From positions 1 through 22,592 of the forward strand of contig JAWALG010000016.1 of the NCBI GenBank assembly GCA_038886995.1: a stretch of DNA of 22,592 nt, given 5' to 3'. This document shows positions 1 through 9,012 of the stretch, piece by piece. Position numbers and translations under genes: made by a program. The stretch's first letter is position 1. The number at the start of each line of letters is the position of its first letter. The DNA comes from Candidatus Iainarchaeum sp. (GTDB taxonomy: Archaea > Iainarchaeota > Iainarchaeia > Iainarchaeales > DTGL01). A model generated the notes under the pieces. It did not search any database. It worked only from the letters and a program-made list of their open reading frames with translations, and was not told where the DNA came from.

Positions 1-440
1 ATTCAAAAATAATTGAGTTTGCAGCATCTGTGCTAATCATTCCAATAATGACATTCGGCCTTTATGTCATTGCTCATGGGCATCTTACACCAGGCGGCGG
101 CTTCCAGGGTGGTGCGATAATAGCAACAGCGTTTGCACTTCTTTTTGTTAGCTTTGGACAAAAAGCAATTAATAGCATTAGAGACGACATTCTCGTTGCT
201 TTAGAATGTATTGCATTGGTTGGCTTCATAGGGCTTGCTTTTTTAGGCCTTACTAACACTTTCTTCTTTAACTTTTTAGCAAATAGTGGCCTATTGTTTG
301 GAAAAAGTGTGCCCTTCGGTCCGAATTCAGGTATATTTAACAGCGCAGGTGTCATTCCATTAATGAACTTTTTTGTTGGTCTCGAGGTCTGCTGTGGCCT
401 AACATTAATCCTTCTTTCCATTTTAAAGGGGGCTGAATAG
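1..440 (+). CDS. mbhF: MBH hydrogenase subunit F (MrpB/MnhB-like), 5'-truncated at window edge
   Basis: HGHLTPGGGFQGG is the MnhB/MrpB signature; several TM helices; frame is open from position 3 (SKIIEFAASV...), so the true start lies upstream of the window. Confidence 0.9.
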   Translation, partial: SKIIEFAASVLIIPIMTFGLYVIAHGHLTPGGGFQGGAIIATAFALLFVSFGQKAINSIRDDILVALECIALVGFIGLAFLGLTNTFFFNFLANSGLLFGKSVPFGPNSGIFNSAGVIPLMNFFVGLEVCCGLTLILLSILKGAE

Positions 441-441
441 T

Positions 442-810
442 TTGATTGTAAACATATACTTTTTTGCAGTAGCACTTCTCTCCTTAATCGGTCTTTATGC
501 GATAATATTTCGAAGGAACATGATAAAAATTGCAATGGGCCTTGTTATAATGGCTTCCTCGGTAAATCTTTTCTTGATTTCTTTAGGGTATAGGCAAGGT
601 GGCATAGCACCAATATTCACAGAAGCGCCTTTGAATGCTGGTGATGCCGCCATGAAAATGGTTTTGCCAGTGCCACAGGCATTAACCCTAACAAGTATCG
701 TGATTAGTTTGGCAGTAACTGCACTTATGCTTTCCCTTTCAGTTTTGCTTTATCGCAAGACAAAGTCGCTTGATATCAATGAGATAAAGGGGGCGCTTAG
801 CAATGATTGA
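442..810 (+). CDS. mbhG: MBH subunit G (MrpC/MnhC-like)
   Basis: RRNMIKIAMGL, NLFLI and PVPQALTLTSIVI are MrpC motifs; 3 TM; TTG start 1 nt after the mbhF stop. Confidence 0.9.
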   Translation: MIVNIYFFAVALLSLIGLYAIIFRRNMIKIAMGLVIMASSVNLFLISLGYRQGGIAPIFTEAPLNAGDAAMKMVLPVPQALTLTSIVISLAVTALMLSLSVLLYRKTKSLDINEIKGALSND

Positions 811-2350
811 ATTTTTGGCTAAGAATAGCATAGCTTTGCTCATAGCGCTTCCATTGCTTTCTGCATTTATTGTGCAGTTGATTGAGAAGCTTAGCAGATT
901 TTTGAGGAACCTTTACATACTTTTTGCGATAACTGCCACTGTAGGACTGGGCTTATTTGTTTCTTACACAATTTTTACAGCAGGGCCTATGGTTTACACT
1001 TTCGGTGCATCCGAGCAAGGCCTTACAATGCCATCAGGCCTAACAATTCCTGTAAGAATAATTCTTGTTGCTGATGCTTTTTCAGCATTCATGATTATAG
1101 GATCAAGCTTAATACTCTTTGTTTCAGCAATATATTCTTTTGGCTCGGTGCGTGACAATTTTGGCAAATACTTCAGCTTGTTCTTTGTTATGGCCGCCTC
1201 TGTTTATGGAATTCTCTGCACAGGCGACCTTTTCAATCTATTTGTTTTCATTGAAGTTCTTTCGATAAGTTCAACAGGTCTGATTGCTTTCAGAAAAGAT
1301 AAGGCAGAGTCATTGATTGCAGCTTACAATTATCTCATTGTTAGCGCTTTTGCTTCCCTTATGATTTTGTTTGGAATTGGCATGCTTTATGGTCAGTATG
1401 GGTTGCTTAACATCGCAGCAGTTTCAAGAGCCATGAACTTTTCATTTGTTGATGTCTTTGCTATGGTTCTTCTAATAGCTGGATTAGCAATGAAATGCGG
1501 CTCTGTGCCTATGCACTTTTGGGTGCCAGATGCCTATGGAAGGGCACCCTCAGCAGTAACCGCTTTTCTAGTTGTTTCAAGCCAGGCATCTCTTTACGCC
1601 CTTTTCAGGGTTGCTTTCACGCTTTTATATGGTTTTTCACTCACCCAGCTTGTCGGGCTCGCGCTTATCGCTTTTGGGATTTTATCCATGTTTGTGGGCG
1701 TTACAATGGCTCTAGTCCAAAAGGACATAAAGCGACTCATGGCATACCATGCTGTTTCTCAAACCGGCTATATGCTCCTTGGTGTTGGCGCGGGGCTATT
1801 TTCGCTTAACACCTCATTGTATTCAACAGGACTTTTGGCAATGGAGGGCGGTATATTCCATATAATAAACCACGCAATTTACAAAGGCCTTTTGTTCCTC
1901 ACAGCAGGCGCAATAATATATGCGACCAAAGAAAGAGACCTTAACAGAATGGGCGGCCTAGCAAGAAAAATGCCGTTTACAACAATTTTTTTCATAATAG
2001 GCGCAGCAGCAATTGCAGGCCTGCCACCAACAAATGGGTTTGCTTCAAAGCTTTTGATCTATGAATCCGTATTTGTTTTCCATCCTATGCTTTCAATAAT
2101 TGCCATGATAGTTAGTATGCTTACTCTTATTTCCTTTGTGAAAATATTCTGCTCGGCCTTCCTTGGGCCAGAACGCGATGAATTTAAAGGCATAAAAGAA
2201 GTGCCAGTGCCAATGATTGTTGCTATGGCTTTTCTTACAATTTGCATAATTTTGTTTGGGCTTTTCCCAGGGCTTGTGCTTGAGGCAATAGTTGAGCCAG
2301 CAGCAAAAGCACTTTTAAGCCCAGCAGCCTATATGGGGGCGGTGTTTTGA
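803..2350 (+). CDS. mbhH: MBH subunit H, antiporter-like ion-translocating subunit (MrpD/NuoN-like)
   Basis: GDLFNLFVFIE, KCGSVPMHFWVPDAY, KRLMAYH, HIINHAIYKGLLFL, AGLPPTNGFASK; many TM helices. Confidence 0.93.
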   Translation: MIEFLAKNSIALLIALPLLSAFIVQLIEKLSRFLRNLYILFAITATVGLGLFVSYTIFTAGPMVYTFGASEQGLTMPSGLTIPVRIILVADAFSAFMIIGSSLILFVSAIYSFGSVRDNFGKYFSLFFVMAASVYGILCTGDLFNLFVFIEVLSISSTGLIAFRKDKAESLIAAYNYLIVSAFASLMILFGIGMLYGQYGLLNIAAVSRAMNFSFVDVFAMVLLIAGLAMKCGSVPMHFWVPDAYGRAPSAVTAFLVVSSQASLYALFRVAFTLLYGFSLTQLVGLALIAFGILSMFVGVTMALVQKDIKRLMAYHAVSQTGYMLLGVGAGLFSLNTSLYSTGLLAMEGGIFHIINHAIYKGLLFLTAGAIIYATKERDLNRMGGLARKMPFTTIFFIIGAAAIAGLPPTNGFASKLLIYESVFVFHPMLSIIAMIVSMLTLISFVKIFCSAFLGPERDEFKGIKEVPVPMIVAMAFLTICIILFGLFPGLVLEAIVEPAAKALLSPAAYMGAVF

Positions 2351-2691
2351 GCGTTTTGGAAACTCAGCATGGAATTTGGTTTCCGTTGGCTTTTGTTTTA
2401 TTTGCGTCTTTGGCTCTTTTGGTATCCTATGCTTTCTCGCTTTTAGGCAAGAGGGGCTTTACATACAGCAAAAATAAAGCAAAGCCGTTCATTTCAGGCC
2501 ACGACGCTTCTGCTTATGCGGTAATAAAGGCAAGCGACTACTTTTGGGGGTTTTTTAGGGCTACTGAAAATTATTACAAATTAGTGAAGGGCATTCACAC
2601 CGGTCTTGTCAATGACTATGTGTTTTGGTTTGTTGTTGTTGCTTCAATTTTGCTAATAATATTTTCCGCAGGGGTGTTTTTTTGGGCATAG
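2347..2691 (+). CDS. mbhI: MBH subunit I (NuoA-like TM plus MrpA-C-terminal-like helix)
   Basis: 114 aa; N-terminal TM, KPFISG loop, C-terminal HTGLVNDYVFW plus TM; lies between mbhH and the small subunit as in Thermococcales mbh operons. Confidence 0.82.
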   Translation: MSVLETQHGIWFPLAFVLFASLALLVSYAFSLLGKRGFTYSKNKAKPFISGHDASAYAVIKASDYFWGFFRATENYYKLVKGIHTGLVNDYVFWFVVVASILLIIFSAGVFFWA

Positions 2692-3110
2692 AATCATTAA
2701 AGCGCTCTTTATGGGTTTTTCACGTAAACGCTGGATCATGCAATGGCTGTGACATAGAGATTGTAGCTGCGCTCACACCGCGATATGATGTTGAGCGATT
2801 TGGCATAAAGCTTGTTGGCACACCCAGGCATGCTGATGTTTTGCTAGTAACAGGCCCTGTTACAAAGCAAATGAAGGACAAACTATTGCGGGTATACGAG
2901 CAAACACCAGATCCGAAGCTTGTTGTTGTAGTCGGCAATTGTGGATCAACATGCGGAGTATTTTACGAGTCATACAATATAGATGGTCCTGTAGACAAAA
3001 TCATTCCAGTGGATGTTTATGTGCATGGTTGCCCACCGAGACCAGAGGCCATAATAGAAGGCATCGCTAAGGCCTGGGCAAAGCTTGAAAGGACAAAGGT
3101 GAAACGATGA
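2682..3110 (+). CDS. mbhJ: MBH [NiFe]-hydrogenase small subunit (NuoB-like)
   Basis: GSCNGCDIE, VTGPVT, VGNCG, GCPPRPE 4Fe-4S motifs; start moved to TTG at 2682 behind a GGGGTG RBS (142 aa). Confidence 0.95.
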   Translation: MGIESLKRSLWVFHVNAGSCNGCDIEIVAALTPRYDVERFGIKLVGTPRHADVLLVTGPVTKQMKDKLLRVYEQTPDPKLVVVVGNCGSTCGVFYESYNIDGPVDKIIPVDVYVHGCPPRPEAIIEGIAKAWAKLERTKVKR

Positions 3111-3628
3111 ATTCAGAAAAATTTGTTGATGAGCTAAAGAACCTCTTGGGTGTCTACACGAAGGAAATTTTAGTGTCTGAAACTCAACATGGAAAGAGCA
3201 AAGCAAAAGCGTACCGCGTGTGGGCAACAATTGATTCCACAAAGCTTCGCGATATTATAAAAAAGATTTCAGTTTTGCAAAAGAACCCCCACTTTTCAGT
3301 TTCCTCTGGCAATGACCTTGGAGAGGAAATAGAGATACTGTATCACTTTGCACTCAATTATGCTAAACCAAAAGCCCAAGTTCTCCTCACATTGCGTGTA
3401 AAAGTTCCGAAAAGCTCTCCTGTGATAGATACTATAACTGACATTATTCCAGGTGCAGAGATTTCAGAGAAAGAAAAAAGAGAATTTTTGGGTGTAGAAT
3501 TCAAAGGCCTTCCGCAAGGCGGTGCTTTCTTGGATGAGTCATTGGCAGGAGTCCACCCTTGGCGAAAGGACGAAAAAGGAGTATCAAAATTTGTCAAAAA
3601 TGTTCACGATGGTGAAAAGCATGCCTAA
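3107..3628 (+). CDS. mbhK: MBH subunit K (NuoC-like)
   Basis: DLGEEIEILYHF, IDTITDIIPGAEISEKEKREFLGVEFKG and PWRKD are Complex1_30kDa-like motifs; ATGA overlap with mbhJ. Confidence 0.88.
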   Translation: MNSEKFVDELKNLLGVYTKEILVSETQHGKSKAKAYRVWATIDSTKLRDIIKKISVLQKNPHFSVSSGNDLGEEIEILYHFALNYAKPKAQVLLTLRVKVPKSSPVIDTITDIIPGAEISEKEKREFLGVEFKGLPQGGAFLDESLAGVHPWRKDEKGVSKFVKNVHDGEKHA

Positions 3629-4847
3629 AGAAGATAAAAAGGTAAGCATACCAGTTGGGCCTATTCATCCGGCTTTAAAGGAGCCGGTTCAGATCGAGGT
3701 TTCAGTTACTGGCGAGTGTGTTACAGATGTTAATGTTACCTTAGGCCATGTGCACCGTGGCATAGAATGGATAGGCACAAAGAGAAATCCAATACAAACC
3801 CTTTACATTGCGGAGCGAGTTTGTGGCATCTGCAATATTTGCCATCCGATGGCTTTTTGCATAGCCATTGAAAATGCAGCTAACATTGTTGTGCCTGAAA
3901 GGGCTGAATACCTGCGTACAATATATGCTGAGCTTGAGAGGATTCATTCTCACATACTATTCCTTGGCGTTGCTGCGCATGAGATGGGCTTTGATTCAAT
4001 ATTGCATTATACTTGGCTTGCCCGTGAAAAAGTCCTTGATGTAATAGAGATGCTTACAGGAAATAGGATAACAAAGGGCATAATGATGATTGGCGGCGTA
4101 AGGCGAGACATATCTGATGCTCAAGCAGCCAAGATAAATGAGGCCTTAGAATACTATGAAAAGATATACAAAAAGATGTGCAATATTTTTATTGATGACA
4201 AAACAATAAAGATGCGAACACAAGGCATTGGCATATTGCACAAGAAAGATGCTTTAAAGTTTTGTGCGGTAGGGCCTACAGCCAGAGCATCAGGTGTAAA
4301 GAAGGATGTAAGGCAGGATTTTCCATATGCCGCATACGCTGACTTAGATATTGAGGCCTTGGCACCAGATTACCTGCTAAAGGAGATTCGCGGGGATGTA
4401 TATGATAGGGTTATCATGCGTTTGGTTGAAGTAAAGCAATCAGTAGATATCATAAGGTCCTGCTTAAAAGAAATGCCTTCAGGGCCAATATGCTCTGAGC
4501 CGGTTCTACAAAAACTGCTTTTCAGCCTTAAGCAAGTTCAAGGCGAAGGTGTTGCATTGGTTGAAGCACCCCGAGGAGAGCTTATACATTATGTGAAAAT
4601 GGAAAAGGCAGATGCGCCAAGTGCATGGAAGATAAGAGCTCCAACATACGCGAACCTACATGTTTTGCCCAGTATGCTTCTCAACAGCGAGCTTGCTGAT
4701 GTTCCTGTTATTGTGGCTTCTATAGACCCGTGCATGTCTTGCACTAATAGGGCCATAATTGCTGATAAAAATGCTTTGTTATACCAAGAAAAGTTGCACG
4801 ACTTGTGTGTTTCAAAAACCAGAAGAATGAGGGGTGCTGCTAAATGA
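3621..4847 (+). CDS. mbhL: MBH [NiFe]-hydrogenase catalytic large subunit (group 4)
   Basis: GPIHPALKEP, HRGIE, L1 ERVCGIC, EAPRGE, L2 DPCMSCTNR followed by a cleavable C-terminal extension; start moved to ATG 3621 behind a GGTGA RBS (408 aa). Confidence 0.96.
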   Translation: MPKEDKKVSIPVGPIHPALKEPVQIEVSVTGECVTDVNVTLGHVHRGIEWIGTKRNPIQTLYIAERVCGICNICHPMAFCIAIENAANIVVPERAEYLRTIYAELERIHSHILFLGVAAHEMGFDSILHYTWLAREKVLDVIEMLTGNRITKGIMMIGGVRRDISDAQAAKINEALEYYEKIYKKMCNIFIDDKTIKMRTQGIGILHKKDALKFCAVGPTARASGVKKDVRQDFPYAAYADLDIEALAPDYLLKEIRGDVYDRVIMRLVEVKQSVDIIRSCLKEMPSGPICSEPVLQKLLFSLKQVQGEGVALVEAPRGELIHYVKMEKADAPSAWKIRAPTYANLHVLPSMLLNSELADVPVIVASIDPCMSCTNRAIIADKNALLYQEKLHDLCVSKTRRMRGAAK

Positions 4848-5857
4848 CAATACTTTTTTTCTTGCATGCTTTTGGCATAGTGGCTTTAGCCATTATCCTT
4901 GCAATTTTTTTCAATGGCATTGAAAGGAAGCTTGTGGCAAGAATGCAAGCTAGGCTTGGGCCACCGTTGGTACAGCCATTTATAGATATAAAGAAACTGC
5001 TTATGAAAGAGAACATTGTTCCAGACACCGCAGTAAAATGGGTTTTCAATTTAATGCCAATGGTTGCTTTTTCTACGGCAATTGTTTTGTTCTTCTATGT
5101 GCCTTTTGCAGGCCAAAATACGCTTCTGAAAGGTCAAGGCGACATGATTCTTGTTTTATATCTTCTTATGCTGCCGCCGCTTGCTTTAGCAATAGGTGGA
5201 TTTGCCTCTGGCTCAAGCTTTGCAAGCATTGGCGCACAACGTGAGCTCGTCCTTATGCTTAGCTATGAGTTTGTCCTCGCAACAGTGGTTTTTTCCTTAG
5301 CTTGGCTTTATTCAATTGCTTTTCCCAGCATGCAAGTATTTTCATTGGACTATGAATTTAGGGCTTCACCTTGGTCTGTTGTTGGACCGATAGGCATAGC
5401 AGGCATAATTATTCTTTTGGTAAGTTCTCTTGCAGTAATGCCAGCAAAGGCCGGCAAACTCCCTCATGATATGGGTGAAGCAAAAACAGAGATTGCAGAT
5501 GGCGTTCTAGTGGAATATAGTGGTTTAAATCTTGCTCTGTTATACATAACACAAGCACTCCGCACTTTGGGCTTTGCCTCTTTTATTGTTTTTTTGTTTT
5601 TCCCATTTAATGTAGAACACTTTTTTGCCATTGACAATGCCTATTTACCAGTTGTTAACTTTATTTTCTTTTTGGTAAAGGTTTTTGCTGTAATGTTCTT
5701 TAGCGCCTTTCTTATAAGTGCTGTTACCGCAAGGTTCAGGATAGACCAAGCAGCATCTTTTTACATTTCTACGGTTTTTACGCTCTCACTCTCTGGTCTC
5801 TTGCTCATAATAACTGACATTCTTATAGGTGGTTCGATCTATGCTTTCTTCGATTAA
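4844..5857 (+). CDS. mbhM: MBH subunit M (NuoH/HycD-like membrane subunit)
   Basis: GIERKLVARMQARLGPP, QPFIDIKKLL, PHDMGEAKTEIADGVLVEYSG, RFRIDQ. Confidence 0.94.
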   Translation: MTILFFLHAFGIVALAIILAIFFNGIERKLVARMQARLGPPLVQPFIDIKKLLMKENIVPDTAVKWVFNLMPMVAFSTAIVLFFYVPFAGQNTLLKGQGDMILVLYLLMLPPLALAIGGFASGSSFASIGAQRELVLMLSYEFVLATVVFSLAWLYSIAFPSMQVFSLDYEFRASPWSVVGPIGIAGIIILLVSSLAVMPAKAGKLPHDMGEAKTEIADGVLVEYSGLNLALLYITQALRTLGFASFIVFLFFPFNVEHFFAIDNAYLPVVNFIFFLVKVFAVMFFSAFLISAVTARFRIDQAASFYISTVFTLSLSGLLLIITDILIGGSIYAFFD

Positions 5858-6272
5858 GCAGATGCTTAGGCAGTTATTTTCAAAGCCAGCAACCAACAAG
5901 TTCCCAACCAAGCGTGTCCCAAAAAGTGCTTCAGCTTTCCTTTCAGATTTTTCAAAAGGCAAAGCAAAGCTTAACCCCCCTGTTGCTGTTCCAGAAAAAT
6001 TCAGAGGTCAACTTAAATATGACAAGGATAAATGCATAAGGTGCAAGCAGTGCATAAGGGTTTGTCCAGCGGCAGCACTTGAGTTTGATGAAAAGGAAAA
6101 TGTTATAGTGCACTATGCTGCAAGATGCACTTTTTGTGGCCAATGTGTTGACATATGCCCTGTAAAATGCCTAGAGCAGACACAGGAGTTTCTGCTTTCA
6201 ACCTATGATAAAAAGATTGGCTTTGCGGAGAACCATAAAAAACAAGATAAAAACAAAAAGCATTTACCCTAG
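5841..6272 (+). CDS. mbhN: MBH subunit N (2x[4Fe-4S] NuoI-like)
   Basis: CIRCKQCIRVCP and CTFCGQCVDICP; ATG 5841 follows a GGTGG RBS. Confidence 0.93.
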   Translation: MLSSIKQMLRQLFSKPATNKFPTKRVPKSASAFLSDFSKGKAKLNPPVAVPEKFRGQLKYDKDKCIRCKQCIRVCPAAALEFDEKENVIVHYAARCTFCGQCVDICPVKCLEQTQEFLLSTYDKKIGFAENHKKQDKNKKHLP

Positions 6273-6704
6273 CCATGGTATATTTTCGAAATCCTCTTTG
6301 CGTAATATTTCAAATAACTTTTCAGTGGCTTCCAAGCACTCTTTGCTTATACTTGTCCCTATTTCAACCTTCTTTGGTTGTATGCCTATCAATATAACTT
6401 TTTTTGAGTGCTTTTCAGCAACCGAGATAAACTGTTTTAGCGCAATTGTGTGTGTGCTCGCGAATGCTGAAGAAGCGTTTTCTTTACTTATGCGTCTGAT
6501 TGCACCTGGCTTTAAACCCATTTGTGCCGCATCCACTATTACAACAATCTCTGGCTTTTCCCTAATCACTTTGCTTAAATAGTTTTCAGGCACTGTGCCA
6601 CAGTCAATTGAAAGCCAGCCCTGGCAATTAAACTTTTTTGCTATGTAGCAGCCAACCGCATCGTCGCCATTAAGCTCATTGCCTATGCCAAGAAGAATTT
6701 TCAA
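6264..6704 (-). CDS. hycI: Hydrogenase maturation endopeptidase (HycI family)
   Basis: LGIGNELNGDDAVG, GTVPEN, VDAA, STH, IGIQP; TTG start with AGGTG RBS. Confidence 0.93.
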   Translation of the reverse strand: MKILLGIGNELNGDDAVGCYIAKKFNCQGWLSIDCGTVPENYLSKVIREKPEIVVIVDAAQMGLKPGAIRRISKENASSAFASTHTIALKQFISVAEKHSKKVILIGIQPKKVEIGTSISKECLEATEKLFEILRKEDFENIPWLG

Positions 6705-6720
6705 TAGTCACACCTGTTCT

Positions 6721-6966
6721 TCAATGAGACCTTATTCGTCTAACTGTTTTGTTATCTCCGCTTAGGTTTCCACTTTTCCCAACCACAGTATATGAAATCC
6801 TTTTGCTGCCTCGCCTAACTTCCAAATGCCTTAAAATGCCTTTTCCAGCTGACGACTTTTCTCTGATGTTTGTTATGGTGACCCCACAGATTCTTCTTGC
6901 AGTGACGCTTACTTTGCTTCCTTTAATAGGCCTCACAGCCCTTAACTGCGACCTTTTGACTGGCAA
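6721..6966 (-). CDS. Small, very basic hypothetical protein (81 aa)
   Basis: Fills the gap between the ATPase gene and hycI; AGGTGA RBS before TTG; TTAAATA box at 6999-7005; 21 K/R versus 3 D/E. Confidence 0.6.
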   Translation of the reverse strand: MPVKRSQLRAVRPIKGSKVSVTARRICGVTITNIREKSSAGKGILRHLEVRRGSKRISYTVVGKSGNLSGDNKTVRRIRSH

Positions 6967-7021
6967 GAAATCACCTTATCACATAAGTGCTTTCGTTGTA
7001 TTTAATCTTTTTGTTGTTTTC

Positions 7022-8332
7022 TTATTTCCTGAAAGCAGAAGCAGTTGTTCCAGCATCCCAACTCAGCCGAGGCCTCACACGGATCATCCAGAGCTTTTCG
7101 CTGTTGTCGTCCAGCACTATTGCAAAGCCCTTCCCAGTTGGTATTTCCGCGTAGTATTTTTCTATGCTTTGGTAAAGGTATGTTGGCCTTAGCGTTCCTA
7201 CTGCATCAATGTCAGGTCCTGCCGTGAGCCGATGTGAGATAAAAATGTCACACTGAGAAAGAAAATCAATGTGCAACCTTTCAGGCATTTGTGTTGCGAG
7301 GACCAAGCTGAGGCCTGGCTGTCTACCTACCCGAGCCCACTCTAGTAGAACACTCAGTGCAATGTTTTTGCCGCTTTTCGGCATAAAGATGTGTGCTTCA
7401 TCTATGAACAGCCATACAAGAGGCATTTCGCTAGTGCGCACATTTTCAGTCATAAGCTTTGCTTCTTCTTCCTTCCTGTAAAGCATTCTTTCCTCAAACA
7501 GCCTTTTGCCCAATAGCGCGACAATAACATCGCGGACGCCCTCCATTTCTATTGACTGCCTATAAGCTGAGACATCAATTATTGTAATTGATCCAGCCCT
7601 TGCTATGTCCCTAGTTTTAGTGCCTGTTTTCTCTATTACGCCCCACGTTTTCGCCATCTTCAATCTGTTTACCAAGGCCTGCCTAGTATTGAAGTCGAAA
7701 TCCTTGTAATTTTCCACAGCGCTTATTATTTCATCTATACCAAAATAGGTTCCAAGCTTCTCCTTTAGCTCTTCTACTGCGCGGTGTATTAATATGCCTT
7801 CCGGATCTTTCCATGTAAGCTTGAAAAGAGCCATCCATTCTGTACCGCTAAGCTCTGATGCTTTAATTGTAAAGGTTCCGTCTGCAGGTATTCCGCGGTC
7901 TTTGTAAAATGTTAACAGGCCTTGTGGCACTAAAACCCGTGCGTTTGTTGCCTCTGCTTTTAAGCCCCACTCCTGCAAAAGGTTTGTCTCGAACCTATTT
8001 GGTGTTTTTAGTGACCAAAAAATTCCAACAGTGTCTATTACTATGACTGCAATCCTGTTTTGTAAAGCTACAGGCAACCTTGCAAACTCTTCAATGAGCA
8101 CAGCCATTGTGTAGCTTTTACCATAGCCGCGTTTTCCGCAGATAAGAATCATGTGTGGCTTTGCTAGGTCTATTAGAATCTTCCTGCCAAGGACTGGCCT
8201 CTCACCTCTTGAAAGCACAACTCTGCCAAGATACCCAGTACCTTCTTTACCGTATCGCTCTCTCTCTGAAAGTGACCTGCCAATTACACTTTCATCTTCT
8301 TGAAAAGCATTAGCCACATTTTTGTTTTCCAT
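7022..8332 (-). CDS. HerA/FtsK/VirB4-superfamily P-loop ATPase (DUF87-like)
   Basis: Walker A GKRGYGKS, IDTVG, Walker B LFIDEAH, RVGRQPGLSLVLATQMP, SQCD. Confidence 0.88.
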   Translation of the reverse strand: MENKNVANAFQEDESVIGRSLSERERYGKEGTGYLGRVVLSRGERPVLGRKILIDLAKPHMILICGKRGYGKSYTMAVLIEEFARLPVALQNRIAVIVIDTVGIFWSLKTPNRFETNLLQEWGLKAEATNARVLVPQGLLTFYKDRGIPADGTFTIKASELSGTEWMALFKLTWKDPEGILIHRAVEELKEKLGTYFGIDEIISAVENYKDFDFNTRQALVNRLKMAKTWGVIEKTGTKTRDIARAGSITIIDVSAYRQSIEMEGVRDVIVALLGKRLFEERMLYRKEEEAKLMTENVRTSEMPLVWLFIDEAHIFMPKSGKNIALSVLLEWARVGRQPGLSLVLATQMPERLHIDFLSQCDIFISHRLTAGPDIDAVGTLRPTYLYQSIEKYYAEIPTGKGFAIVLDDNSEKLWMIRVRPRLSWDAGTTASAFRK

Positions 8333-8354
8333 CTTATTATTAGAAGCGTTTCAA

Positions 8355-8362
8355 TATTTATA
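8355..8362 (-). promoter_or_regulatory. TATA box of the HerA-like gene (probably leaderless transcript)
   Basis: TATAAATA on the minus strand, 23-30 nt upstream of ATG 8332, with a purine-rich upstream run. Confidence 0.6.
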
Positions 8363-8441
8363 TTTTTTCCTTTAAATTGGCTGTTATTTGAAAAAGCAAA
8401 AATATAAATACTAAAAAAATATTAGATAAATAGGGTTGTTT

Positions 8442-8885
8442 ATGCAGGGGCTAGAGGAACGCGAGGAAGAGCTTAGGCTTTTCCTTAAAGGTGTTGAAGA
8501 GCAAATTTCAAAATTTGAGAAAATAAAAGAGCAACTGATGAGTAAGCAGGATAGCATAAAGGCAGAGATGCAGGCAAATGATTTTTCAATAGTGCCTGTA
8601 AAGATATACTCTCGGGATTCAGAAGACCTGGTAGCGGATGTAGAGAGGCACCTCATTGAGCTTGAAAAATTCAAGGCATATCTTGCAAATGAACTTAAAA
8701 AAGTTGTAGAAGAGAGAAGAATGATTGAAGTTCTGTCAGCAAAGTTTGGTCAATCCTTCACTATTGAGCCGAGCGAAGATGGTTTTTTAGTGAAGTATAC
8801 TGATGATGGCCTGCAAGACATATCCCAAGAGCTAAAAAAAGGCCGTGAAACGATATCTGATATAAAAAGCAAGTTAAGGAAATGA
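8442..8885 (+). CDS. Coiled-coil hypothetical protein
   Basis: E/K/L heptad-rich ORF; ATG 8442; TATAAATA at 8403-8410; divergent from the ATPase gene. Confidence 0.8.
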   Translation: MQGLEEREEELRLFLKGVEEQISKFEKIKEQLMSKQDSIKAEMQANDFSIVPVKIYSRDSEDLVADVERHLIELEKFKAYLANELKKVVEERRMIEVLSAKFGQSFTIEPSEDGFLVKYTDDGLQDISQELKKGRETISDIKSKLRK

Positions 8886-9012
8886 ATGGCTGGTAGTGGC
8901 AGGATAGGCAAAAAGATTTTCTAATTCTATAAAAAATTCTTTTGCTGAATAAGAATGCCTTTTACTTTTCCCAAATGAGCCAAGGCAAAGGAGGGAGAAG
9001 GGTAGCAAAGGT

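Noticed and set aside
3621-4847. Possibility that the complex is MBS/Mbx, Nuo or Fpo rather than a hydrogenase
   Set aside because: All four Ni-binding Cys, a cleavable C-terminal tail, a single MrpD-like subunit, hycI and hypA are present
6205-7227. + strand ORFs (125, 147 and 60 aa) that could extend the mbh operon
   Set aside because: They overlap hycI, the basic ORF and the ATPase on the opposite strand, which carry the motifs and RBSs
8191-8199. 9-nt match (GGACTGGCC) to the tRNA-Ala 3' end as a possible att site
   Set aside because: Too short and inside a CDS; no integrase, and the enclosed region is mostly housekeeping genes
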